A program made the position numbers and the translations under genes. Shown here piece by piece: positions 49,161 to 64,000 of a stretch of 64,000 bases of DNA. This DNA comes from Raillietiella orientalis (lineage: Eukaryota), in assembly GCA_036172245.1 (NCBI GenBank), contig JAYWIR010000049.1:930001-994000 (forward strand), read 5' to 3'. The notes beneath the pieces were generated by a model. The model saw only the letters and a list, made by a program, of their open reading frames with translations. It was not told the origin of the DNA and made no database searches. Each line of letters starts with the position of its first letter. The first letter of the stretch is position 1.

Positions 49161-52100
49161 AAGAAAGCAGATTAAGACAGTCGTGAAGGATGTGCTATCA
49201 GCCTTGTTCCTTGGAGAGGAACAGTCGTCCTTTCATCTGCTGTTGTTACCCTACATCTTACTCCCTAAATCTGCAGATCTTTCTTGTTAAGGTGTTCATC
49301 TGCTGTTGGGTTCACGAACTCTGCGTGGTTGCAAACGCATTCGAAATTAAATGATATTTTAGACCAGGAACGGGGATCAAATACTTCAGTATAATGAGGA
49401 AACAATTCAGAACTCAGCACACGATCCTGTGATGACATGAAGTTGTGAATGCATCTCCACAGACGATACAGAGGGATTCGCCTTTGCAAAAAGGAAAGTG
49501 AGTGAGCTCTGGTTTGTAGTTTTCAATTATCATCCATTTCGATTCACTGTGGACCGAGTGATTAAAGCTGGCTGTTGATCGTAATCGGAAGCCTTAGGTA
49601 TCCACATAGTCTTCAAGGATTTTGAGAAGAGCGAAAACTTGGCTAGTGGAAGATCGAAAAATGTGATCGTAAAAAAATAATGAAGTCTTTGTAGGAGGAG
49701 TGCAAACCGGCATACACACTTTAGAGACTCGACGCGACAGGTGAAGCATCACCTGACTTGGTTCGAGAGAACCCTTGGATCATTCGTCGAGGATCGCTTC
49801 AGGGGGTGTTGATGTTTTGCCAAGCAGCAGTCCACGGTCATTCATGTTGGTATCTCAATCGATAGAACATACACCACTCTGTTCCTTTAAATTCCTCACT
49901 CTGCAGCATTCGAGCATTCTATCCATCTGAAACGGGGAAACGGGAGCGTACCAGTTCTCCAGCATTGACAACGTTCACGGGTTTTCTCTGCTTCACTCCT
50001 TCGACGGTGACCCTGAAGTGGCCGTCATCAGCGTGGTCCCAGATCTCGTAACGGAAGTCTCACTGACCCGACCATATCATTTTCCAGAGCGGTGTTGGGC
50101 GAGGTTGCGGAAGTGAGTCCAGTGGAACTTGGTTCCCTACGTCCTTTCAAAACTGTGCTACTGGAGGAAATAATGATATACTGGACCAAGGGAACCCGAG
50201 CTACCCTCTCATCCTCATCTGAAGCTCTGTCTTTAATACAAGCGAGAAAAGACAGTTGCCTACCGGTAGGGTTGTCTTTGCCTGCACAATCTGAAGAAAC
50301 TCCTACAAAGTTGGTCGACGAGACTACGCCACTTTTCCAGTGGGCAGAACTTTTGAGTAGGTCTCCAGAAGAACCTGCAGCCCCCTCTTTTGTGCTTGGA
50401 CGTTAAGGTTCTTCCCCTTAAGTGAAACACAAGATGGTGGGTGCTCTGTCTCTAGTATAACGTGCACCGGCGCCTCATGCGCGGTAGAAGCCAGAACCGC
50501 ATTAAACCGGGAGGATAGAATGGTTCCCGCTTCTGTTGATGAACTGCAGTGCCCTCCGTGGCGTGTGGCAGCCCTTGGAGACAGCGCTCCTGCATGTGGA
50601 CACTCTCGGGACTTATTGAGTCATCTCCTCGTGCTGGACGGAGTCTCCAGTGTCTCTGTGGTCACGATCACGTGTCGCGTCACCAAGATTGTGACGTCAC
50701 TCCACCAGCTGCAGCTTCGTCAGCAACGACGGGAGGCTACTCGCATTGCCGTTCGCTGATGAAGAATGAGTAGGGAATCGGTTCTCACTGTTGTATGTTT
50801 ATTTTGAAGAAGCAACGTTTCGGTGTGACCTCCCCATCCAGGATATTATGTGTGAGACTGATGTGAGGCTCACATGACCGACATGACATTACCCGAAAGA
50901 GGAGACCACCCTCACTGGGGACAGAACTAGGGAAGAATAAAGGAGGGAAGAGGATCGGTGAGGAAATAAATGAGCAGAGAAAGGGATGCACCCGTCCCAG
51001 GGCACGGAGCGCGATTCTCGAGCGAGGGAGCGGAGGGGGAAGCTGGGGTGCTGTCGCCGGTCCCCAGCATCAGTCTGTCTACAATGGTCCGAAGGTGACT
51101 GCGTCTCGCATCCCTAGCAGAGCAGCCTCGTTGCGTCCCTTCGCATGCAGCCGATGTCGGCCGCAGACGGATCTGCGAAACGGCGGCCACGTCCTTCCTC
51201 CATCTCGGAGATCGCTGCTGCTCACCTGTGGCAGAGGATAGCTCGCGAACCCCAGTAAGTGAAGGACCCACCCACGAGAACTCCCAAAGAGTACCGGCCT
51301 CACGCAGGGAGTGCCATTTTCGACTTCTTCCTGTTGACTTGGACACCGGCACCCTTGCGTATGAACTCGAAAATCTACTCGAGTGCGGCTGCAGAAGTCA
51401 AAACAACCTTACCCAAAGAGGACGTAGTTCTGGAATCAATTCAGATGGACTGCTCGCACTCAGGAAATGCATAACTCACATCAGGGGGCTTCAACATCCG
51501 CTTGCTTTCGGATGAGACACGACTGCTGATCCTGCGTTCGCAAGCTGACGGGTTGTTGCAGCAATGCACATCACAAACCTGTTGACAGACGAACTTGGGG
51601 TGTCCGACTCCATCGAGTACACGTTCCTCAATAACCACCTGTGGGTCCGCAGGTTGGACGGCAGCGACGAATGTGGCCTTACCTTGTTAAATCATCCCAA
51701 TGGATCTGGTTCCGCCCGGGTGGGACCTCGGGTCAAAGATTTGGAGAATTCCTGAGGGCTGCATAAGCCACCGAAAAGCACAGAAAGAAATTTGAACTTT
51801 CCTGGCTGCTACTCCATCCACAGAGTGGAAGACTGAGAACACATTAAAGGTTTCTTATGCGTATAGCGAAATCCTATGCATCTTTTCCCATCTCCATGCC
51901 ATGAGCTCCTATCCTTTGCCGAAGGATAGGAGCTCATGGCATTCTTCCAGCAAGTTCGCACTTTCGGCGGACAATCTGCCATCGGGCGCCTCGAGGAGTT
52001 CTCTGAGATACAGACAAACCTGACCAATCGGGTCCAGCTAGCCTGCTAAACTCCGAAGGTTATATTCGGCTAATCATCCTCACCTCGCCAGATATGAACT

Positions 52101-52699
52101 CGTAAGGCAACGTCACTCCTACTTGTACGCGAGGGCGCATCCTTACGAGGAGAGGGTCACCACGAGCAGGCCATCGGAGGAGGTTTGATGATCTATATGG
52201 CCAGATGAATCAGTCGCGAGGAACCCTCCCATCGTTCCTGCAAATTTGTTCGTTTGCCCACCTCTCCGCGCAGTGGAGCTCATCTTTCCCTAGCCAGCAC
52301 TGTGATGCGGCGCCACCAGGTCCTTGAGCTACGAGGTCCGGGATCCACCCGGTCATCTTAGCTTTCTACCTGACGTTGCTCCCGGAGCTTTGCCGAATAG
52401 GAGGGAGAAAAAACAAAAAACAGGGTCTGGAGAAGGGACACCTATGATGTTCCGGAGAGATCGGCATTGTCACACCTTTTCAGAGGACCTCCGGCTATCT
52501 CCCTGCCTCCTGCTTCCTTTTCGATCGGTCGACGGACGGTCGTTTATTCTAGAAAAATAAGATTAACACATTGGGCACTCAGTTTCCAAGGAAAGCAACA
52601 AGGAGTTCACGGGAAGGGACCATCGACACGTAGGTTGGCCACTCCGAAATTCCAAAATGGGAGTTAGGGGATGATAAATGAATAAATAAACAAGAAAAC

Positions 52700-53250
52700 A
52701 AGAAAGAGTAGGGACAGGGATGTTTGGATTGGGCGTTTATTGTTTCATGAACCGGCATGAAATGCAGGCGATCTCCCTGGCGACGTCTTTCTGCAAATGG
52801 AATCACTTAGTTGCAGCCCTCAGTAAAGCGGTTGCCATTCAGGTGACCTCGCGTCGCTGGCCTGAAGCTGCAACAGATGGAGGACACTCACAATGGCGCA
52901 GGTCCAGCAAAGCGTTGCGATCATGGCTCCTGACAAAAGTCCGCGCGTTAGAGGTTTGTGCGAAGAATCGCTGCAGCCAATCTTTGCCAGTGTCCTCTGC
53001 GTACAGCAACGCTGAAGACCCCCTCTTCCCTAGTTCTTGGATGACACCGCAGTCCAGCAACAGGTGTGGGAATGATTCGATCGTCCCGCACCTGGAACAG
53101 TTCGGGGATGAGACTCCCCGGGAGACGAGGAGCAGGCGCTCGTTACCCTGGATGCCATCTATTGATTCGATCGACTCTGAACTCATATTTTCCAGTGACC
53201 AGGTGGCAATTTTTCCTGGCAGTGTCTGTCATGACGGAAAGAAAATCTGA
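52700..53250 (-). mobile_element. L1/Tx1-type LINE 3' fragment with zf-RVT
   Basis: SSPNCSRCGTIESFPHLLLDCGVIQELG fits CxxC...E...H....C. Confidence 0.75.
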
Positions 53251-53439
53251 CGGAGGACTTTCGGGTTTTCATCCGAAGTTGAAAAATTCGGTTGGATAGG
53301 TCCTGCTGCTTCATCTACGAATCTATTCAATTTACGCAAATCCTGACGAAGCGCGTATCCAGATAGGATCACTCAGCTTCCTTTCTGCAACCCTGCAACA
53401 CGGTTAGCATGTTTGAGTTCGGTTCACGCCGCGTGCTTC

Positions 53440-53620
53440 GTTCAAAAAGACATTCTTTCCCAAAGTTAGCCAACCGTGTTATTTCCTGCCTTCTCCGAAT
53501 TGCTTCATACAGCTGTCACATTTTCAACGATCTGGAAATTATGAATCATCAGCAGGATTGCCTACCTCTGAACAGTAATGACATTATTTACCTTTGCTTA
53601 TCATTTAAGGCCGTCAGTGA
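53440..53620 (+). mobile_element. hAT (Buster/ZBED5-like) C-terminal dimerisation remnant
   Basis: SFPKLANRVISCLLRIASYSCHIFNDLEIM resembles YPKLA..A...L.PFAS.Y.CE..FS.L. Confidence 0.45.
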
Positions 53621-54849
53621 TCGAAAAAGTTTCACGTTGGCTACGTGGAAGGAGAGGAGGAGAAAGGTTCTGCTCTCTGTAGCTCCTGCTTTCACCTTCA
53701 ATTGAATGCCATTTCTTTCTTGCCCAAACCGAATCGAAGAACCTCCAGGCATGCAAATGACGCGTCCCTCCCGAGCTTCCAGGTTTCTTCCCCTTTCGTC
53801 TGCGAGGCATTACCGACTGAAAAGGAAAAATTTCAATGGCATCGCCGACGTTCTTCCAGAATGATTGCTGTGAATATCGTGGAGAACGTAAACGCTTGCA
53901 GGGTATCTGCGACTTCGCTGTCAGCTGTTTCCTTCACCTCACACCTGCTTTCCCGTTGGCAGCTCTCCTACCTGGGAGGATCGCATTCCGATGTGTACGC
54001 AACGACGTCCTCCGACGTCTCTGCAACGTTTTGACTAGTAGAACAGACACCAACAGACACTTACTGAGTGCCTGCTAAAGACCAGCGCTCGCCTTGTTCC
54101 GAATTTGCAATGGGAAGTGGCTCTCTTCTGGATTCATTTTTGCTTACGGTACAGAAGATGGCTGGAGAATAAGAAAGGTGGGTCCAAGTTGACATTTCGA
54201 CACATATTTTTTTCTTTTTTCCTAAGAACAGGCGTTTCTTCGTTTATAGCTCAATTTGAGAAGTGTTGAGAATTTCTATCTGCGTCTGGCGTCGTCATAG
54301 CGCCATGGTGGGGCAGCCACTGCTCGTTGAGCAATGTGGTCTTTTCCACCGAAACAGAGTTTCAGCACCTCAGAGCTTAGAAGACCCTTACCACATAGCA
54401 CTCCTTGTCGAGAAAACTATAAATAATCGTTAATAACAAAGTAATTGGTTAGCGGAATGTCCTCACTATGAAAGGAAGGCAAACGATTGTTCTTCGACCA
54501 TGTTTTGTAAGAGAACTCTGTTCAATGATGGTATGTCTATTGATACAACGAAAAAAAAGTGATTTTTATTCTTAAAATTATTCTTTCACCTCAGCAAAGA
54601 ACCACAATCGATTCTATGCATTTGCTGTCGTCTCATTGGCCGCATCTCGAGTATTTTATATGATCACATCATTCGATGATGTGAAACGATAAACTCATTA
54701 AAATTACAAGCAGGTCCTACATAGTGACTGTGTTCTTTTAGATCTTGTTCATTTAACAAAAGAGGAAACAACTACATCTTCAATGAATAAGGAAGCAGTC
54801 CAAGACAGAAATCATTTTTCCGGTTGCCGACTCCAGTAAAGACCTCTGT

Positions 54850-55250
54850 CTTTACTGGCGGTGCAAGGACCGTTCAAGATGCAGCTTCGCATTTAGGAGG
54901 AGGATGAAGAATAGGAGGGGATCAAGCGGCGCGTCTTCGCATACGTCCACAAAGACGAGGGGACTCCGGAAGAGGTCAAAGCAGAGGGACCTGGAAGGCA
55001 AGATTCTGTTCATCAAAGCTGCCATTCCGAAACTTGTGCTGCTCGACCTGAGCGCGGATATCCTGAGGTGCACGCTGGGGTGTACTTGCCACGTAAGGAA
55101 GTCGAAATTGCTGAAACAGACTGGGCCACCACCACTCCTAAGCCGTCACCTCCGAAGAATATTCTGTAACAACAGCATAGTCTTCCTCTGTGGTGACTGT
55201 TCGCTGGAAGTACAGTTCTTTGAAAGCCTATTCGAGTGCGGTATTGACTG
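54850..55250 (+). mobile_element. LINE ORF2 post-RT fragment
   Basis: LEGKILFIKAAIPKL resembles the L1/Tx1 L.G(R/K).L.IK...PKL block. Confidence 0.5.
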
Positions 55251-55659
55251 AGTTTAGCACCGATGAAAACCCCTTTCCTCCTTGATGATTCATATTCATT
55301 ACATACGATTATAGTCGTCGTCCTCAATTCTAGAAATGGAAAAGCCTATTTTGGAAGCCCCGTGTCAATGCTCCTTCACTTGTCTTCAAGCACACTGGAA
55401 GCGAGGAAGGCATCACATCTTGTTGAATAGTAATGAGCAATGCTTTTCTTTTCGACACGGAAGAACAGTTTCACTTAGGTAATCGTCGCTATTGAAGTCG
55501 GCGCATGACTTTTTTTTTTTTCTTCAATTTCTAAGAAAAGAGTTCCTTCCATCTCCTCTAAATATACAGCAGATTTACATTTTATGTGGGAGATTCGATC
55601 CGAAGATCAAATACTCTTGGCTATTCACACATTAGGGATACGGCTTTTGGAAACTCCAG

Positions 55660-58330
55660 AACTACTGCACCACAGCCTCTGGAAAGGTTTTCAAGAATGA
55701 CATCAGCTTGATGTATTGTGACAGAAAAGAGCACAATTTCATAAGCATGCTAATTGTAATTTTGCTTACATGATATCCGAACCCAAAGTGATTGTTTCCA
55801 GCAACGAGAGGTGATTTAGATTTTTGCAAAAAGCATATTCTGGTAATAATTAATGGAACATTTCGTGCCAACAGATTCATAAGAGATGACCGCCCCGAGT
55901 ATAGAATTTTTCATGTGAAAATGTATCCCATCTTTGAGTTGGTAGATGTTGATATTTCCAACAAATCAGATAATTGCTTAGAATCTTCCCCCTAAGTCAT
56001 TTTTCATGTTTTGCATTTTGATTAATTAGGCAATCTTTCACTCTTCTGACCTCTATGTCTTTTTGCTTGATCAATGGAAGCGTGCGTTCCCGTAGAAGGG
56101 ACTGCTCGTTCTCTACTGCTGCTGCTGCTGATGCTGCAAGAAACTCGATCAAATGTGGGTTCATTAAGCTAAACTTAATGTGGGATACCTGGGAGGAAAC
56201 CGGCTTTCCTGTTCCAGGGTTCGAAACTAGCGAAGGGAATTTGGATGATTTTTTTTTTCTGCTTTTTCTTCGAGACACAACGTATTGGATAGCTGGTTGT
56301 TGCCAAATGCATGGAATGCATCGGAAAGCATTCGAGTTTGTGTGAAAACACAGATGAGAGGCCTTTTTTGAAAGCTGGATGATCACATCGATCAAATTCG
56401 CAGATCTCCTTGAACACAGCCGAAAGGAGCTGCCAAGATGACAAGACTTCAGTAGCAAAGCAATGAATCTTTAAATGAAGATGAACGCAAATTAAAATCA
56501 CCATTCAATGAGAATGAGAATTCCAAGACCTTTGGAAGGGAAATATCACACAAAAACGCCTTTATCTAAATGACAGTGGAAACTGCTTTCCTATTCTAAA
56601 ATCAATCGATTATTTCGCGAGTAACTGGTCTGGTTGTAGAAGTTAAGAGCGGTTGGTTTCCAATGCCTCGGGCTAGGAAGTAATGGCCTTCCAAATAATT
56701 TCAAGTTTCGAATTCAGTTCGAATAAGGAATGTTTTTAAGAGACCACTTTTCTTGATTCGTTTTTTGGAACCCCTTCAGCAATCTTAAATTCAGTTCGGA
56801 TCATTCAGTGAAGCCAAACATCAGCCATGATTCCAGTCTCCATCATCTGTGCTTTGAAGATCGAAAGCAAAACTTATGAGCGTTAGGGTGATCGATCAGC
56901 TTGAGAGAAATACGGATGATTCCAGCGTGATTGTGAAAGAATGTGTGTTCACAAGCGTTTCCAAAAAATACATATGGCAGTACAGTCAAAGCAGGGCACG
57001 TCGAAGTAAAACACTCCCTCGTGGGAACTCAACATAAAGATTCATGGAAATCTGGAAATGCAGTGCCAATCTTTGAATAATCAGTTCATCTGCTGCGGGA
57101 GTGCAGCATTCCATCTGGGTAACCCCTGTTTAGAAGTTTTGATGGTTCTTCCTGACAGGGAAGCACAGTCCACTGTGGTAGCTGTTCGCTGGAAGCACAG
57201 TTCTTGGGACGCCTATCTGATTGCGGTATTGGCTGAGTTTAGCACATATAATCCACAGGAAGCCGTTGAAAACTCCCCTTTCCCTTGATGATTCTACATG
57301 GACAAAGATTGACTCACATGTGAAGACGCATAAGGACTTCTCTCGAGAATTTTTATCCTGCGTTTTTCAAGTCTGTGGCTCTGTTTCTGTGTTTGGCATA
57401 CATTGCTCTTCTCTCGAAAGTCCTCAGCACTTTTGAAAGCAAGGTCTTCATCCCATACTTACTTAGGAACGTTCTTTGCGTAGTCGAGTTCGCCTAGCAG
57501 GTCATAGAATCGATACAGAAGGATTGAATGACCATTTGGGTATGCGTGGCCTGGATGGGAAATAGGATAGTGGATGGGTAAAAGAACTTCCTGCATCTCA
57601 CAGTAGACGAAATGATTACTGAATCTAGCCATGCTTAATTACCAACAACACCCTGATCTGAGATTTGGATCTATTTGCGCATACTCTTATGGATTGCTTT
57701 ACGCAGCTTTCCGATGATCTGTGAGATCAAACCAGTGTTTCAATTCCAGCGCTTTCCAGATGACAAACCTTGTCCTTCAAACTGACAGCCTCCATCATAC
57801 AAGTAGGTGGGGCAGGCAGCGAAGAGGCCGAGTATTAGTAGATTAAGACGCATCTCAGTTTCCCTTGGCAATTCGACGTCGCTGAGAGACGTTCTGCATC
57901 AAAGAAAAACCTCACGAACTTCCAGCACACACGAAATGGAATTTCTTTCTCGGAATTCCGCATTTTGCTCTTTTTATTCTGCTTTTGCTGCTTTTTATTT
58001 CTTTTCAGCCCGTTTGCATACTGTAAAAAAAAAAAAAAAAAAATTGCACTGCTTCAATGCTTCTCACGGATGCAAAAAGTGATCTTCCTGGAATCTTTCT
58101 ATTTTCTAGATCACTATCCATTTTCGGCCATAACCACATATGATTCGGCTGCAGAGAGGTGTCCATCCCGACAACTGAAAGCTATGCTCATCCTGGTTCA
58201 CTGAATATCTTCAGATCATTAGCCATATTTCAAGAATAGATTAGAGATGCCAATGGCCCCTTCTTTTAGCAACATTCTGTCCACAGTTTTCCTTCATCAA
58301 ACAAATGTCCGATGGAATTCTTCATGACTT
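55660..58330 (-). mobile_element. Degenerate hAT transposase (BED finger, catalytic core, dimerisation domain)
   Basis: In 5'-3' order on the - strand: CGQNVAKRRG..ISNL (zf-BED-like, ~58250-58285), KQGLPRWNAAL (resembles QDVPTRWNS, ~57100-57131), NLLARNVPLII...VAGN (resembles LAR.YL.IPATS...FS.AG, ~55795-55878). Confidence 0.55.
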
Positions 58331-61309
58331 TATGGTCATCCGGTCGAAAGCTTTTTTATTTAGCTTGAAGGCACAAGAAATGCCAAATGTGGCGTATGAG
58401 CAAAATCTGTGGATGAGGAGGAGGAATGTGTCTCATTCTTCACTCTTTTTCCAATTCGTGATCATTCTGTATTTGTGGTCAGCCTGCACAACGTCCGCCC
58501 AAACAGGCAGTGCCCAATACATGTGGCAGCTGAGCTGTACGTCAGTTCACTCCATCTTCCGCTTCGGGTGCTCTGACTGGTTGCTAGGGACTCCAGCGTT
58601 CTTTGTTCTCTCAGAGATCCTACCATGATGCCAGTGCTCCTGTGATCGCAAAAAGGAGAGACAGTTCCCGGTCCAGTTTAGTCCCCTTTTGTTGACAAGC
58701 CACAGGAGTTTTTTATCATTCAGTTTCGCCGGGGAGCATATTGAAAAGAATAAACTTATAATGCTACTTAGTGTCAGGAAATTGGGACCTGCTACGTCCC
58801 GAAGTTCAAGGGAACATGCCGAGATGCCGGAACGCAGACCGGCGAGGTCTGCCTCAGCAACAAAAGGGAAACAGAATCAAAAAACAAAATAAAATAAATC
58901 AGTAAATACACAAAATTAGTTTGGGAGAGGTTCGGAAAGAGATCACAGACGGCTGCTGGCCCTCTGAATCTTTTTAAGGGTGCTGTTGAGATCCTGCTGT
59001 AATCTTTCCAGGTGAGACCATCTCGTTGCGACCCCCACGAAGGGTTTCGTCCAGTGGATGGCCTGCCTCTCTGTCATGCTGGCATCTTTTGAAGGCGGTT
59101 CAGGCCGCCACTTCCTATGCCGCAGGTGGCAAACAGCTGCTAAGTACATGGTTGGAAGCAGTGCATCGCTCGGGGAAGAGAGCCATAGGAGGTTAAGAAG
59201 AAGAATGAATAGGAGTTGCAGCTCCGAAGCTTCGAGAACTAGAGACCCAAAGAAAAGGACCATTACAATTATGGTTATCATAGAAAGGAGACCAGAAAAA
59301 AAAAAAAAAAAAGAGGATTATTCCGGTGATTCATTCGTGCACAAGCTTGGGATTGCAAATTGATCAAACGGATCGTTCGTTTCAGCGAACGGCCCAGCAC
59401 GCAGACACTTATTAAGTAATAAGTGTTTTGGATTTCGGAACTCTTGTTTTTCAAGGAAATACTTCTAATCAGCAAGAGCATTTGAAATATTTCAGCACAG
59501 GGCAGCACTTCGCACTCCAGCAGAAGTACCAGATGCTAAATGGTTCCAGCAACGAACACCCACTCAAAGGTTTGCACCACATGCACGGAAGCAATCGATC
59601 AAATAATTCACCACCAGTTGTCTATCGATTTGCATCTCGTTTCCCGCTCCCTGAAAATGCGAGTGATTCCGATTTGTGTGCTCAAAAAGAAAAATCATCA
59701 TGGAACGCTGGCCAGCCATGCAGGCCAGCGGTCACACCGACCAAACGGAACGGTCTTGGGATTCGTTTCGTCGATCCATTGAATACCTGCTTATCAAGAA
59801 AGTTTTCAATGAAAGCTTCGTGGTATGCTGTGGCCCATAGACAGAGCATGCCAGGAACCGTCTCCTCCGCATCGGCAAATGTCAATTAGGTGTTTCGTGC
59901 TCTTATTTTGCTGCTTTTTCAATCACCTTAACTTCAACCTCGATTCAACTTTATTAACCTTCATTTCGGAGGTGTGGCGGATTGAGGGCTTTTGGTACAT
60001 CCCACGTAATCAAATTGGCCACGTTCCTCCTATTTGCGATCCCCTTCATTCCCCATAAGTACGAATTTCTGATCTCCTTAGCAAATCAAAGCCAAATAAG
60101 GATTATTTTCCTATGACAGCTGTTGCATTTATCAGGACAGGTGGGAATGCTAGAAATAATGTCATCATGCACTTGCATCAGTTTCAGTGATCATTTACTT
60201 TACTTTAATTGCATCTTCCGAGATTCGAATCCTGATTCATGCCAGCTGGTGTGGTTAATTGCTATCAATTTTCAAACATTTGCAATACACGCAACATTCC
60301 TCCAGCCTGGAAACACTAACTGATTTCAATTTTCTCCAATTTTCTTCTTCTGCATAGTCTGGCGAGTTCCTTTCAAAAAGTATCGAAAAGATTATGTGCT
60401 TTGTTTTACATTGTTTTCCTACAGAATCATCAAGGAGGAAATCTCAAAGAACCATCATTTTAAGACAAATTCAGCCCTCTAGTCTGTTTTCCCATCATTC
60501 TCTTTTCCTCTGACTCTCCTGATACCTTTATCAGGACTGGAGTTGTGCAGAGTGACTTTCCTTTTTTGAAGTTTTCGTTCTTCGATTTTCAAGGTTCCAT
60601 TGCTTCTTTTTGATCCAGAAGTTCCTCTTTTTTTTTTTTTAAAAAAAAAAAAAAACTGCTCAGAAACCTCAGATCAAATCTCTAGAATCTTAAAATCCTC
60701 ACAGGATCTTAAAACCTTCACGGGAGCGCTGGAAAACTCCGCCAGTCTTTGTGAGCCCCGAGCCAGGTTGTTGTTGGGTGTGGCTTCTCTCGCCAGCTGA
60801 GACGTTTCTTATCGCGCGATGCAGCCGGCAACCTCCCAGAGCCTACTGATCACCTCCCTTTTCTCAGGGGTATCCACTATTTCCTCTTCCCATCGATGCA
60901 CTAAAGGACGCATGGAGTCTTTTATGGCCACCACTCGCCGGGTGCTGGAAGATATAACTCCAGGCGTTTGATGGTGTTGCTGTTGGAGAGGGATGGATCT
61001 TTCTTGGTTTCCAGCGATTCCTGCGGCGACGTGTTTCTGTGAGGTGGGTGGCCAGGTGTCGGGACGTTCAGTCGTGATCCTCCAGCAGCGACGCAATCGG
61101 GAGAAGGTGACGCAGATTTCCCCCCGCTTCAATTTTCGTATGGAGTAGAAGAAATTCTTGGCCGGATACTCTGACGAAACGCCGATGTCACAAAGAAGAT
61201 GACTCTGCAGACGAGCTCATCTTCCCCAAAGTCTCACGGAAAGCCAATCAAAGAGAATGGACTCTCGCGTGCCCTCCGGAAGAAAACGACACAGAAACCA
61301 GCGCTCAGC

Positions 61310-61315
61310 TTTATT
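61310..61315 (-). promoter_or_regulatory. Polyadenylation signal AATAAA of alpha-tubulin
   Basis: TTTATT on + strand, about 90 nt downstream of the tubulin stop codon. Confidence 0.6.
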
Positions 61316-61403
61316 CGGAAAATTGCGGCAGAAGGGTAAGTGGTGACGTGGGAGGAATCAGAAGATGGCCAATCCGGAAAGCGACTTCCAGGCATCTCAG
61401 GGT

Positions 61404-62836
<1,433 letters not shown>

Positions 62837-63629
62837 CTGGAAGGAAGGGCGGAGTTGGACATGTTTCACCTTAGCAGATATCGGAAACGCGCCAGGGAGG
62901 GGAGAAATCGGTGTTCCAGGGATGCGCGCGGTGGATTGCTTCTCCTGATCTCGCCTGGACGCGACCTCTGGGACGAATGACACCGATGAGTCCCAAGGAC
63001 TGGAGAGAGCCCGCACCGAAGCTCCAGCCTTCTATCTCTCTTTTGGGGCTTGTCGACCACGCGGTCGCAGTGAAGTCACCCGAAAGCGTCCAGATGACAC
63101 GTCTTTTCCCGGTTTCCTGTTGTCACAATGCCTCTCTCTGTGCCCGCGGCCGTCCTAGAGGACGGATCCCAAAGAGCAGTCGTCATTCTTGGACGTAGGC
63201 AAGATGCTGCGTGCCTGCATGCATCCAAGAGAAGCAAGGGAGGAGGGAGGGACGACTGCTTCGGTCGGTTCCCATCCCGAGCAATTAGGTGAGAGGAGGT
63301 TTGCTGTTCCGTCCGTTGCCGTTGCCGTTTTAACTCAACATCTCCCTTCACTTTGATTGAGGAAGACCTGCGATCTTCCTGTGGAAGAATGGGACCTTCT
63401 AGAAAAGAGGGAATGACTCCCTTCCCCAAAATTGAGGTCCAAGACGCGCTCCTTTCCTCTGCAGAGAGCGGGAGAGGATAAAGCGCATCTGTTCCCCTTG
63501 AGAGCTAATCCCTTGAGCATCTTGACTTCTGAGTTGTCGATCAGCGGCGGCAGCCAAGAGAAGACGCACCTGCTGGAGAGTCCAAGATCTTCACCTTCTT
63601 TACCGCTCTCTTGGGACTACAAGAATCAG

Positions 63630-63800
63630 ACAGGAGTGCTGGATGGTGAAGGAAAAAATTCGTTCGGAGCAGGGAGATGCAGGAGCAGCGAGGTCAGCAA
63701 GGATGCGCATACGGAGGAGTTTTGGAATCCTGAAAACGATTTCTGCTTTCTGGAGCTGCCTCTGAAGGAGGCGAGGCAGCCCTGGGTGCAGGGGGGAAGG
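63630..63800 (-). mobile_element. hAT dimerisation-domain remnant, inside the presumed tubulin intron 1
   Basis: IPKLLRMRILADLAAPASPCSERIFS resembles (Y/F)P.L...A..YLA.PA(T/S)S..SER.FS. Confidence 0.6.
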
Positions 63801-64000
63801 GAGAGTCACCAAGTGCCGGATCTTGAGCAGCGGGACCTTAGGGCACAAGGAAACCGAATCTCTTATCTTCCCCATTCGACGGACTGCAAATGGGTGTTGG
63901 TGGCATGGCTGGAGCGGCTCGTGTGCGGTCACTTGGCAACAGAGCAACTCTGCCTTGTTTGTTGCTGTGGACGCTTCCTCAAAAAACCTGCAGCTCGTAG

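Noticed and set aside
60628..60655. T13-A15 palindrome
   Set aside because: Simple homopolymers, probably retroposon tail remnants; the flanks do not extend the pairing.

Overview
Eukaryotic genomic DNA, most likely from an arthropod. It has spliceosomal introns, a Rau-like gene and a canonical animal alpha-tubulin; I found no prokaryotic systems, CRISPR arrays or rRNA. Five spliced host genes can be reconstructed by hand: a GC-rich tandem Ras-association (RA) domain gene of the Drosophila Rau/CG8965 type (-, 1217-7576); an AT-rich housekeeping cluster of TMEM62 (-, 30364-32993), NUP133 (+, ~36242-40459) and EIPR1/TSSC1 (-, 43759-45216); and a GC-rich alpha-tubulin (-, 61404-62836, ATG exon apparently beyond the window). 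The intergenic DNA is mostly degenerate transposons: L1/Tx1-type LINEs, Gypsy pol pieces, hAT elements, pogo/Tigger elements (one with both TIRs) and a tRNA-derived SINE in two copies. The main observations are very short introns (36-51 nt) in the AT-rich genes, a sharp split between CpG-poor housekeeping gene bodies and CpG-rich genes, two GC-AG introns forced by reading frame, a duplicated intronic element in the RA gene, and a degenerate hammerhead-like core. I did not find a convincing new multi-gene system. Family assignments rest on motifs recalled from memory, not database searches, and GC/CpG statements are visual estimates.
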